Origin: Vulcanisaeta distributa DSM 14429 | GTDB taxonomy: Archaea; Thermoproteota; Thermoprotei; Thermoproteales; Thermocladiaceae | NCBI RefSeq assembly: GCF_000148385.1 | Contig: NC_014537.1 | Span: forward strand, 330,001-362,000 | DNA length: 32,000 nucleotides | Direction: 5' to 3' | Part shown: one piece after another, positions 24,279 to 31,932 of the stretch | How positions within the stretch are numbered: the stretch's first letter is position 1 | Layout: each line of letters opens with the position of its first letter | Made by a program: the position numbers and the translations under genes | The notes under the pieces: model-generated | Told to the model about the DNA's origin: nothing | The model's input: only the letters and a program-made list of their open reading frames with translations | The model's database searches: none

Positions 24279-24824
24279 ATGAGTAGGGTCGTGGGCTTGG
24301 CGATGCCCAGGTGGGACTTGGGCACGGTGGGTTACGTGGCTGGTTCACCCGGTGAAATCGATAAGGCGTACTCGGAGCTTTTCCTGCGTTGTTACCCAAC
24401 CACTGTGGACATGACCAGGGAGATGGATAGTAAGGTCTCCTGCATAGTCAATACGGTTAGGAGGGGGTTACCCATAGGTAGTGTTGTGTTTCTGCTTGAT
24501 CCTTACGGTATTGCCAATGACATCGGTACTAAGTATGGTATTAGGAGGGAGCTTATCCTTAATAGCGTATATTCATGGTTTATTAATTACCTGAGGAACA
24601 ATGGCCTAATCACTGACTCAGACGCGGTGGAGCTTGATCAGGAATTATCAATGTTGATACGTAGTATCAAGGCCAGGGTTGGTGGTAGTGCCAGTATGGT
24701 AGCTGGTGTTATGGCTACGATAGTGATGAATCGAAGAGTTAAGGTTAATGAATTACCTATAAGGATAATGGATGTTCGAAATGACGTGATTAATCATGTT
24801 AGGGGCATGATCTCAATTCATTAA
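24279..24824 (+). CDS. Hypothetical protein (181 aa), no family recognised
   Basis: A long ORF with a well-placed TATA-like box and codon usage similar to its neighbours. I can assign no motif. Confidence 0.5.
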   Translation: MSRVVGLAMPRWDLGTVGYVAGSPGEIDKAYSELFLRCYPTTVDMTREMDSKVSCIVNTVRRGLPIGSVVFLLDPYGIANDIGTKYGIRRELILNSVYSWFINYLRNNGLITDSDAVELDQELSMLIRSIKARVGGSASMVAGVMATIVMNRRVKVNELPIRIMDVRNDVINHVRGMISIH

Positions 24825-24958
24825 TCAGCATTTCCAGCGCTCATTCACTGATCAGCCAAATGCCTCCTCATCACTGCGTATTAAACAACACAATTACTTA
24901 AAGGCTTTTTGTGGTGGGTAGGGTGATTCTTAAATATAGCTTCATCAATGTATAGGCT

Positions 24959-25471
24959 ATGGTAGGGGGTACACCGATTAGGGAGGGCGATATTAAGAAT
25001 TATCCGCATGAGGAGTGGACGAGACCATTCCAGTACAGTGTGACTGCTGGTACGGCTTACTCCAAATTCCTAGATGGTCTGAAGAGCGGTAAGATATACG
25101 GCACGTACTGCAGTAAGTGCGGTCATGTATTCGTACCACCCAAGATGTATTGCCCATACTGCTTTAAGCCCGTGGATGGTTGGGTTGAGGTTAAGGATGA
25201 GGGTACGGTAATCACGGCGGTGGTTAGTTACATAAGCGCTACGAGGGAGCCGCTTAAGGAGCCTAGGGTTGTTGGTGTCATTAAGCTTGATGTGCCAGGT
25301 AAGGAGTTTAGCGAGCATAGGTTTCCTGGCATAATGCATTACTTATGTGTTGATCCTGAGGATGTTAAGTCAATGAAGGTATTTGGCATGAGGGTTAAGG
25401 CTCGGTGGAAGCCTGCCAATCAAAGAACGGGGTCTGTACTAGATATTGAGTGCTTCGAGCCCGTGAGGTGA
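24959..25471 (+). CDS. DUF35 protein (Zn-ribbon plus OB-fold, thiolase/HMG-CoA-synthase-associated family)
   Basis: Four-Cys ribbon CSKCGHVFVPPKMYCPYC followed by an OB-fold-like C-terminus (GTVITAVVSY...VVGVIKLD). Confidence 0.8.
   Translation: MVGGTPIREGDIKNYPHEEWTRPFQYSVTAGTAYSKFLDGLKSGKIYGTYCSKCGHVFVPPKMYCPYCFKPVDGWVEVKDEGTVITAVVSYISATREPLKEPRVVGVIKLDVPGKEFSEHRFPGIMHYLCVDPEDVKSMKVFGMRVKARWKPANQRTGSVLDIECFEPVR
25465..25471 (+). promoter_or_regulatory. Shine-Dalgarno-like GAGGTGA for the second DUF35 gene
   Basis: GAGGTGA ends 5 nt before ATG25477 and overlaps the upstream TGA stop. It is complementary to the conserved crenarchaeal 16S 3' end (..AUCACCUC..). Confidence 0.5.
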
Positions 25472-25476
25472 GGGGC

Positions 25477-25944
25477 ATGTCCTTCGAGAAAATCAATGTG
25501 AACAGGGATATTAAGCACTGGCTCCACGTAATTGAGCAGGGTTATAGGTATACTGCAGGCCCGATAGGCACTAAGTTTCTTGAGGGCATCAAAGCCGGTA
25601 AGTTACTCGCCGGTAAATGCCCTGTGTGCGGTAGGTTATTAATTCCTCCAAAGGCCTTTTGTCAGTACGATTTCGCCGAGATTAAGGAATTAGTGGAGAT
25701 AGCGCCCGTGGGCATCGTCAGGTCTTACACGGTGGTCTACGAGGACTCATACGGCAACAAACTGCCTAAGCCCGTGGTCATAGGCTTCATAGAGTTCCCA
25801 GGGGTTGCTGGCGGTCTTGTTCACTATATAGTCAATGTTGAACCAGGTAACGTTAGGGTTGGGCTTAAGGTCAAGCCCGTGTTTAAGCCTGGGAATGAAA
25901 GGAGGGGCTCCATAACGGATATTGTTGGTTTTGAGCCCGCCTAG
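25477..25944 (+). CDS. Second DUF35 protein (Zn-ribbon with a degenerate second Cys pair, plus OB-fold)
   Basis: CPVCGRLLIPPKAFCQYD (three Cys plus Asp) followed by OB-like GIVRSYTVVY...VVIGFIEF. ATG25477 is preferred to the ORF-track 25450. Confidence 0.75.
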   Translation: MSFEKINVNRDIKHWLHVIEQGYRYTAGPIGTKFLEGIKAGKLLAGKCPVCGRLLIPPKAFCQYDFAEIKELVEIAPVGIVRSYTVVYEDSYGNKLPKPVVIGFIEFPGVAGGLVHYIVNVEPGNVRVGLKVKPVFKPGNERRGSITDIVGFEPA

Positions 25945-25996
25945 TGTTTACGATTAACGAAAATCTTAAATAGGCATAGGATTGTTGGTTACCTGA

Positions 25997-26683
25997 ATGA
26001 GTCAAGCGCAGAGGAGGATCCCAGTATACAAGAAGATATTGCAGGATAAGATTAAGGAGTGGATGATCAAGGAATTTCTAAACTACAGACTGGCTAAGCA
26101 GGGGTACGTGGACTCTGACGTACTAAAGACGCCGCTTGGTACGAGGATAATAGTTTATGCCGAGAGGCCTAATAGGATTATTGGTAGGAAGGGTGTAATA
26201 GTCAAGGAATTAACAGAACTACTTAGTAAGAAGCTTGAGGTTGAGAACCCAATAATCGACGTAACCCCAATACAGAACCCAGAGCTTAACCCCAAGATCA
26301 TTGCCAACAGGATTGCCTGGGCAATGACTAAGGGCGTTAAGTTTAGGAGGGCTGGCATGATAGCCATTAGGCAGATAATGGATGGTGGCGCGAAGGGGGC
26401 GGAGGTCACGATTAGTGGTAAGTTAACGAGTGAGAGGTCGAGGTTTGAGAAGTACATATACGGTACTATTTACAAGAATGGATTTGATTCGAGGACTAAG
26501 GTTCAGAGGTTCGTGGGTCAGGTATTACTGAAGCCGGGTCTTTATGGCATTGAGGTTAGGATAACACCACCAATTAGGTTTAGTGATGAGTTCCAGATAA
26601 AACCACCGAGCAGGGAGGTTGCTGCCGAGGCCCAGGCACAGCAGGTCCAGGGTGGTGAGGGTGGCGAGCAGGCAGAGACTTAA
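25997..26683 (+). CDS. rps3: 30S ribosomal protein S3 (uS3)
   Basis: KH-domain region (IIGRKGVIVKELTELL) and the conserved C-terminal domain (RRAGMIAIRQIMDGGAKGAEVTISGKL). It has its own TATA-like TCTTAAATAG centred 28 nt upstream. Confidence 0.95.
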   Translation: MSQAQRRIPVYKKILQDKIKEWMIKEFLNYRLAKQGYVDSDVLKTPLGTRIIVYAERPNRIIGRKGVIVKELTELLSKKLEVENPIIDVTPIQNPELNPKIIANRIAWAMTKGVKFRRAGMIAIRQIMDGGAKGAEVTISGKLTSERSRFEKYIYGTIYKNGFDSRTKVQRFVGQVLLKPGLYGIEVRITPPIRFSDEFQIKPPSREVAAEAQAQQVQGGEGGEQAET

Positions 26684-26888
26684 TGCAAGGACCATCAGGA
26701 ACATGAAGCCTGAGGATAGGGCAAAACTACTCAATGACCTTAGGAATGAGTTGCTTAAGTTGCAGACGCAGAGGGAGCGTGGCACCCTGGATAATCCTGG
26801 TAGGGTTAGGGCTATTAGGAGGGCTATTGCCAGGGTATTAACAATAATGAATGAGGAGGCTAGAAAGGCCGTTAAGGCAGGTGAATGA
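26661..26888 (+). CDS. rpl29: 50S ribosomal protein L29 (uL29)
   Basis: IRNMKPEDRAKLLNDLRNELLKLQTQRERGTLDNPGRVRAIRRAIARVLT is the L29 helical hairpin pattern. The start is uncertain: GTG26661 (preceded by GGTGAGG) or ATG26703. The ORF-track 26619 overlaps S3 and is probably too long. Confidence 0.8.
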   Translation: MASRQRLNARTIRNMKPEDRAKLLNDLRNELLKLQTQRERGTLDNPGRVRAIRRAIARVLTIMNEEARKAVKAGE

Positions 26889-27133
26889 GTAAGCCATTAT
26901 TATTTAAGTTCATAGAAACCGTTAATTGTAGAAATAAGTCCTTGAATGGCGTCAGTGGTATAGTCATTGATGAGACGGCTAAGACGGTTAAGGTTCTTAC
27001 CTTAACTGGCTCTATTAAGGTTATTATTAAGGAGGATTGTTGGTTTTATGTGAACATTAATAACTGTACATACCTGGTTAATGGACGTAAGCTAATTCTT
27101 AAGGGAGGGAAAGGAAAATTTTTAAATTCGTAA
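26885..27133 (+). CDS. rnp1: RNase P protein component 1 (Rpp29/Pop4 homologue), short form
   Basis: SLNGVSGIVIDETAKTVKVLT...IKVIIKEDCWF...VNGRKL matches the Rpp29 Sm-like barrel pattern (G..GiVvdET.nt..i). It occupies the canonical position after L29 and has an ATGA overlap with the L29 stop. Confidence 0.7.
   Translation: MSKPLLFKFIETVNCRNKSLNGVSGIVIDETAKTVKVLTLTGSIKVIIKEDCWFYVNINNCTYLVNGRKLILKGGKGKFLNS
27119..27126 (+). promoter_or_regulatory. TATA-like box for atpE, located inside the 3' end of rnp1
   Basis: TTTTTAAA is centred ~26 nt upstream of GTG27149. The rnp1 stop is at 27131-27133. Confidence 0.45.
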
Positions 27134-27148
27134 AATAACCCTTGCCAC

Positions 27149-27739
27149 GTGTCTGAACAGGAACTAACTGAGCGATTAATTAATGGTATCATTACCCGAC
27201 TTGAGAATGAGATTAATGAGTGGAGTAACAATGTTAGGCTCAGGGCCGAGGCTGAGCTCCTTGATGGTGTTAAGGCAATAATTGACAAGTACTCGGGCAC
27301 TCTTGAGAATATTGATAAGGAGTTGAATATGGAGAGGGAGTATAGGCTTTATAACGAGATGATGAGGGAGAAGAGGGAGAAATTGAGCATCCTTGAGGAG
27401 GCCTATGCGGAGGTTGTTAGGAGGATTAAGGAGAGGATTAGTTCCATGAGGGGCACCGATGATTATAAGAAGTTCCTTAAGAACTCGATTCTATGGGCTA
27501 TGTCAATAATTGGTTCAAGGGAATTAACAATAACGGTAAGTAAAGCCGATAAGGATGTCGCTGAGGAATTGGTATCAGAGCTCGGACTTAATTCAACTGT
27601 AAATACCACGGAAGAGGATTTACTAGGTGCCATCATTTCCTCGGCTGATGGGTCCATAAGAGTTGATGCAACTCTTGATTCCAGGCTTAGGCTTATGGAG
27701 CATCAAATAAAGACCTTACTGGCGCATTTGGCTTCGTAG
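27149..27739 (+). CDS. atpE: A/V-type ATP synthase subunit E
   Basis: Charged coiled-coil N-terminal half and the C-terminal block LGAIISSADGSIRVDATLDSRLRLME typical of subunit E. It lies next to atpA. Confidence 0.8.
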   Translation: MSEQELTERLINGIITRLENEINEWSNNVRLRAEAELLDGVKAIIDKYSGTLENIDKELNMEREYRLYNEMMREKREKLSILEEAYAEVVRRIKERISSMRGTDDYKKFLKNSILWAMSIIGSRELTITVSKADKDVAEELVSELGLNSTVNTTEEDLLGAIISSADGSIRVDATLDSRLRLMEHQIKTLLAHLAS

Positions 27740-27796
27740 GGTTAGGTCGTTTATAATGTAGAATTAATTTTAAATATGTAGAATTTAGCTCATGTC

Positions 27797-29608
27797 GTGT
27801 CATCAGACAAGGGTAGGATTGTCTACATAAGTGGACCTGTGGTTAAGGCTGAATTACCTGGTGCATTACTTTACGAGTTAGTCTTTGTTGGGGAACTTGG
27901 TCTCTTTGGTGAGGTCGTTAGGATTCAGGGCGATATGGCATTCATACAGGTTTACGAGGAGACAACGGGATTAAAACCTGGTGAACCCGTTGTCAGAACT
28001 GGCGAACCACTTAGTGCCTGGCTAGGGCCTGGCATACTTAATAGGGTTTATGATGGTGTTCAAAGGCCATTACCATTAATATTTGATCTAACGAAGAGAC
28101 CCTTCGTCGCCAGGGGTATTAATTACGAGAAGGCACCACCACTGGACTTCAAGAAGAAGTGGAAGTGGATACCGAAGGTTAAGGTTGGTGATGAGGTTGA
28201 GGTTGGCGACATACTCGGCGTCGTCCCAGAAACACCATTGGTTGAGCATAGGGTCCTCTACCCACCAATATATAGGGTTGGCGGTGTTGTTAAGTACGTA
28301 GCTCCTGAGGGTGAGTACACAATAGATGATGTGATTGCGGAGGTGGAGACTAAGGAGGGCACTGTAAAGGTTAAGATGTGGCATAAATGGCCCGTAAGAA
28401 GGCCAAGGCCATTCAAGGAGAAGCTACCGCCTATCGAGCCCTTGATAACGGGTATTAGGACCATAGACACCTTATTCCCAATAGCCATCGGCGGCGCGGC
28501 CGCTATACCTGGGCCATTTGGCAGTGGTAAGACGGTAACAATAAGGACCCTGGCAATGTATAGCGAGGCCAGATTAGTATTCCCTGTGCTTTGTGGTGAG
28601 CGTGGTAATGAGGCTGCTGATGCACTGCAGGGATTGCTTAAGCTCGTTGACCCAAACACTGGTAGGCCTTTGATGGAGAGGACCACGATTATTGTGAATA
28701 CCTCAAACATGCCCGTGGCGGCTAGGGAAGCAAGTATTTACATGGGTGTCACCATAGCTGAGTACTTCAGGGATCAGGGCTATGACGCATTCCTAATGGC
28801 TGACTCAACAAGTAGGTGGGCTGAGGCAATGAGGGAGGTTGCCCTGAGGATTGGTGAGATGCCCAGTGAGGAGGGATTCCCGGCGTACCTACCGACTAGG
28901 TTGGCTGAGTTCTACGAGAGGGCTGGCAGGGTAGTAACCCTTGGCAAGGGTAATAGGCTTGGCTCAGTCACTATCGCTGCATCAGTGTCGCCACCAGGTG
29001 GTGACTTTACTGAACCCGTGACGAGCCACACACTTAGGTTCATAGGTGCCTTCTGGCCGTTAGACGCCAAGCTAGCCTACTCAAGGCATTACCCAGCCAT
29101 TAATTGGCTAATGGGCTTTAGTAGGTATGTGGATACGGTGGCTGAGTGGTACCAGAAGAATGTTGCGCCTGACTGGAGGGAGCTTAGGGATGAGGCCGTT
29201 AGGATACTGACTAGGGAGGCTGAGCTTCAGGAGGTTGTTAGGATACTCGGCACCGAGGCACTTAGCGAGCAGGAGAAGCACCTACTAAACGCGGCATTCC
29301 TGATTAGGGAGGGCTTCCTAAAGCAGGATGCGTACCACCCAGTCGATGTTAAGTCATTACCACCCAAGCAGTATTGGTTGTTGAGGTTAATCATAACGTT
29401 CTATAGGAAGGGCCTTGAGGCGATAAACCGCGGAGTGCCTGCCTCGGCACTTAGGGAGTTGGACGTGGTTAAGAGACTGGCTAGGCTTAGGATGGAGGTT
29501 AGGAATGAGGAGTATAAGAAGTTGGTTGATTACGAGCAGGAGTTGATAAGCGCCATTGAAAACCTGGTTAAGCAGTACGAGACCCAGAGGGTAACGGCTA
29601 CGGCTTAG
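27797..29608 (+). CDS. atpA: A/V-type ATP synthase catalytic subunit A
   Basis: Walker A GPFGSGKTV, the non-homologous insert region, ADSTSRWAEA(M)REV and PPGGDFTEPVT blocks. It is 603 aa with no intein-sized insertion. The start is GTG, with TTTTAAATA centred 25 nt upstream. Confidence 0.95.
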   Translation: MSSDKGRIVYISGPVVKAELPGALLYELVFVGELGLFGEVVRIQGDMAFIQVYEETTGLKPGEPVVRTGEPLSAWLGPGILNRVYDGVQRPLPLIFDLTKRPFVARGINYEKAPPLDFKKKWKWIPKVKVGDEVEVGDILGVVPETPLVEHRVLYPPIYRVGGVVKYVAPEGEYTIDDVIAEVETKEGTVKVKMWHKWPVRRPRPFKEKLPPIEPLITGIRTIDTLFPIAIGGAAAIPGPFGSGKTVTIRTLAMYSEARLVFPVLCGERGNEAADALQGLLKLVDPNTGRPLMERTTIIVNTSNMPVAAREASIYMGVTIAEYFRDQGYDAFLMADSTSRWAEAMREVALRIGEMPSEEGFPAYLPTRLAEFYERAGRVVTLGKGNRLGSVTIAASVSPPGGDFTEPVTSHTLRFIGAFWPLDAKLAYSRHYPAINWLMGFSRYVDTVAEWYQKNVAPDWRELRDEAVRILTREAELQEVVRILGTEALSEQEKHLLNAAFLIREGFLKQDAYHPVDVKSLPPKQYWLLRLIITFYRKGLEAINRGVPASALRELDVVKRLARLRMEVRNEEYKKLVDYEQELISAIENLVKQYETQRVTATA

Positions 29609-29609
29609 G

Positions 29610-30191
29610 TTAAAAACCCTGAATACTCATTACCGTGCTGATCAACGACCTTATTACCTGGTAATTTTCACTCCCACACAACACAATCGTGTATTTATTG
29701 CATGAAATACTATCTAGCTTGCTTAACTCCTCAGCAGCCTCCTGCGATAACTCATCGAGGTAATTATTAAGCTTAAGTATTAGGAACCTATTCTGCGGGC
29801 ACACGAATTTAAGGAATAATGCTGCGTCAGAACCATTCTTTATTGCGATGTCCCTAAGCCTTACGACGGAGTCCTCATTAATACTCCGGCTTATTACGGA
29901 TACGTAGCATCTCCTGCACTCACACCTAAATACCTGGGAGAATTTCGTGACATCCCTTATCTCATCAATGCCTAAATTACGTAATAAGTCATTAAGTAAC
30001 TCCTCACCCTTACTCGTTAACTCCGCCCCACCTCTCATAACCCTAATGGCACCTTTATCCCTAAGCTCATTGAGCACGCGCCTCACGACGCCCTCCCCCA
30101 TGCCTGAGACAGCACTTAGTGAGTATCTGCCCATCCTCCCATACCTCTTAAGCATTAGGAGCACCGTTAACTCCTCAGCACTCATTTGCAT
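29610..30191 (-). CDS. Putative winged-helix regulator (possibly DUF4443-like crenarchaeal family)
   Basis: The N-terminal segment LTVLLMLKRYGRMGRYSLSAVSGMGEGVVRRVLNELRDKGAIRV looks like a wHTH. The C-terminal ~110 aa are Cys-containing and of unknown function. The family name is from memory and unverified. Confidence 0.5.
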   Translation of the reverse strand: MQMSAEELTVLLMLKRYGRMGRYSLSAVSGMGEGVVRRVLNELRDKGAIRVMRGGAELTSKGEELLNDLLRNLGIDEIRDVTKFSQVFRCECRRCYVSVISRSINEDSVVRLRDIAIKNGSDAALFLKFVCPQNRFLILKLNNYLDELSQEAAEELSKLDSISCNKYTIVLCGSENYQVIRSLISTVMSIQGF

Positions 30192-30294
30192 TAGTTATTA
30201 ATTATCTAAGGTAAAAATAATTTTCCTCACCAAGTTATACTTATTAATCCTTACAATAATTGTGCCTGGTGGTCATCATTTGCCCAGTAAGGGC

Positions 30295-31770
30295 ATGTAC
30301 GCAAATTCGAAGGAATTACCAATAATAGTCTACAACACGGCATCAAAGAACCTCGAGAAGATAACCCTCCTACGCCCTGGCCTGGCTAGGATTTACGTCT
30401 GTGGATTGACGCCTTACGACTCAATGCATGTTGGTCATGCAAGGACGTTCGTGTTCTACGACATATTCAGAAGATACCTAGAGTACCTGGGTGTTGAGGT
30501 TAGGTTTGTGACTAACTTCACCGACATTGACGACAAGATAATTAACAGGGCTAGGCAGGAGTTTGGGGGTGAATTGATTAATAGGTGGTATGAGGTACCC
30601 AGTAGGTACATTAAGGAGTTCTTTGATGCCATGGATAGGCTATACGTGAAGAGGGCGTACGCATACCCAAAGGTCACTGAGAACATAAACGACATGCTAA
30701 AGTGGATTCAGGAATTAGTAAGTAAGAACCTGGCCTACGTAAGCCCCGATGGCTCTGTTTACTTCGACATAACCAAGGTACCCAGGTACGGCGAATTCTC
30801 CGGGCAGAAAATCGAGGACTTAATAGCGGGTGCCAGGGTGGAGCCAGAACCAGGTAAGAGGAACCCGCTGGACTTCGCGCTTTGGAAGTCGTGGAGCGAA
30901 GGTGAGCCTTGGTGGAACAGTCCCTGGAGCCCTGGTAGGCCTGGCTGGCACTTGGAGTGCGTTGTCATGTCCAGTAAGTACCTCGGTGTACCCTTCGACA
31001 TACATGGAGGTGGGCAAGACCTGATATTCCCACACCATGAGAATGAGATTGCCATCGCCAGGGTCTACTTCGGCATTGATTACTTCGCTAGGTACTGGAT
31101 ACACGTTGGTTTAGTGACAATCAGGGGGCAGAAGATGAGTAAGTCCCTTGGTAACATAATACCGATAATGGAGGTGTTGAGGAAGTACGATGGCGAAGTA
31201 CTGAGGCTTTACTACGCCATGACCCAGTACAGGAAGCCCATGGACTTCGATCCAGACGCCCTGGACCAGGTTAGGAATTCACTAATGAGTGTGTACGCGG
31301 CCTATGACATGCTGACCGAGGCAATAAACGAAGCCCCAGACACCGGTGATAGGGATAATGAGTTATTAAGTAAAGTTAATGAGTTCGTTAACTCCTTCGA
31401 AGAGTCACTAAACAATGATATTAACACAAGCGGCGCGGTGGCGGCGCTAATGGACTTCGCGAGGTACATAGCATCCACGGTCATTTACAACACACAACAC
31501 TACTCGAGAAACGCCTTAACCAATGCGTTAACAGCATTTAGCGATCTGGCAAACATACTCGGCATTCTAAATAGGACGAGACTACCACCATCGCTTGTGT
31601 CATTGATAGATACGTTAATAAGAATTAGGGCGCAACTAAGGGCTAGGAAAATGTTTGACGTAGCCGATGAAATCAGGAACGAACTTAGCAAACTGGGCGT
31701 TGTGGTGAGCGATGTCGGTAATAAGACGTATTGGTATATCGACAGAGACAAAATAACCCAATGGCATTAA
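30295..31770 (+). CDS. cysS: Cysteine--tRNA ligase
   Basis: HIGH motif HVGHARTF, KMSKS motif KMSKSLGN, and WHLECV/HGGGQDLIFPHHENE blocks. ATG30295 (MYANSKELPIIVYNT...) is preferred to the GTG30262 extension. Confidence 0.95.
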   Translation: MYANSKELPIIVYNTASKNLEKITLLRPGLARIYVCGLTPYDSMHVGHARTFVFYDIFRRYLEYLGVEVRFVTNFTDIDDKIINRARQEFGGELINRWYEVPSRYIKEFFDAMDRLYVKRAYAYPKVTENINDMLKWIQELVSKNLAYVSPDGSVYFDITKVPRYGEFSGQKIEDLIAGARVEPEPGKRNPLDFALWKSWSEGEPWWNSPWSPGRPGWHLECVVMSSKYLGVPFDIHGGGQDLIFPHHENEIAIARVYFGIDYFARYWIHVGLVTIRGQKMSKSLGNIIPIMEVLRKYDGEVLRLYYAMTQYRKPMDFDPDALDQVRNSLMSVYAAYDMLTEAINEAPDTGDRDNELLSKVNEFVNSFEESLNNDINTSGAVAALMDFARYIASTVIYNTQHYSRNALTNALTAFSDLANILGILNRTRLPPSLVSLIDTLIRIRAQLRARKMFDVADEIRNELSKLGVVVSDVGNKTYWYIDRDKITQWH

Positions 31771-31788
31771 ATGGCGTAACTTGGACCT

Positions 31789-31826
31789 GGAGAGTCGCCG
31801 TGTATATATAACTGCGGCGACTCTTC
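31789..31826 (+). other. Stem-loop: 12-bp stem (one G-U) with a 14-nt loop containing TATATATA, 19 nt after the cysS stop
   Basis: GGAGAGTCGCCG (31789-31800) pairs with CGGCGACTCTTC (31815-31826). The loop is TGTATATATAACTG. Confidence 0.5.
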
Positions 31827-31932
31827 CCGCCCAAATTCTCATGGGCATCATCAATTAATGCCTCGTGGCCTCAGTATTGATTTGCCAGGCTTTCCGAACA
31901 AAATACTTTATTATTCTCCTCTAATTAAAATT

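Noticed and set aside
25921-25990. A 10-bp exact direct repeat, ATTGTTGGTT, at 25921-25930 and 25981-25990, straddling the DUF35/S3 junction.
   Set aside because: By a rough estimate, hundreds of exact 10-mer pairs are expected by chance in 32 kb. One copy is coding and the other is not. There are no flanking features of a mobile element or an att site.
27797-29608. A possible intein or insertion in ATPase subunit A, as occurs in some archaeal atpA genes.
   Set aside because: At 603 aa the length is normal for an archaeal A subunit. The Walker A to PPGGDFTEPVT spacing shows no extra block and no intein motifs.
31636-31854. A 72-aa minus-strand ORF spanning the cysS 3' end and the hairpin region.
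   Set aside because: Most of it is antisense to the well-supported cysS C-terminus. It has no promoter-like box and the sequence is Arg/Met-rich and unconvincing.
31840-31862. A C-box-like TTGATGA on the minus strand, and a small GGCAT...ATGCC hairpin, raising the possibility of a C/D box sRNA downstream of cysS.
   Set aside because: There is no D box (CUGA) within the following ~80 nt on that strand, no C'/D' pair, and the first base deviates from RUGAUGA.
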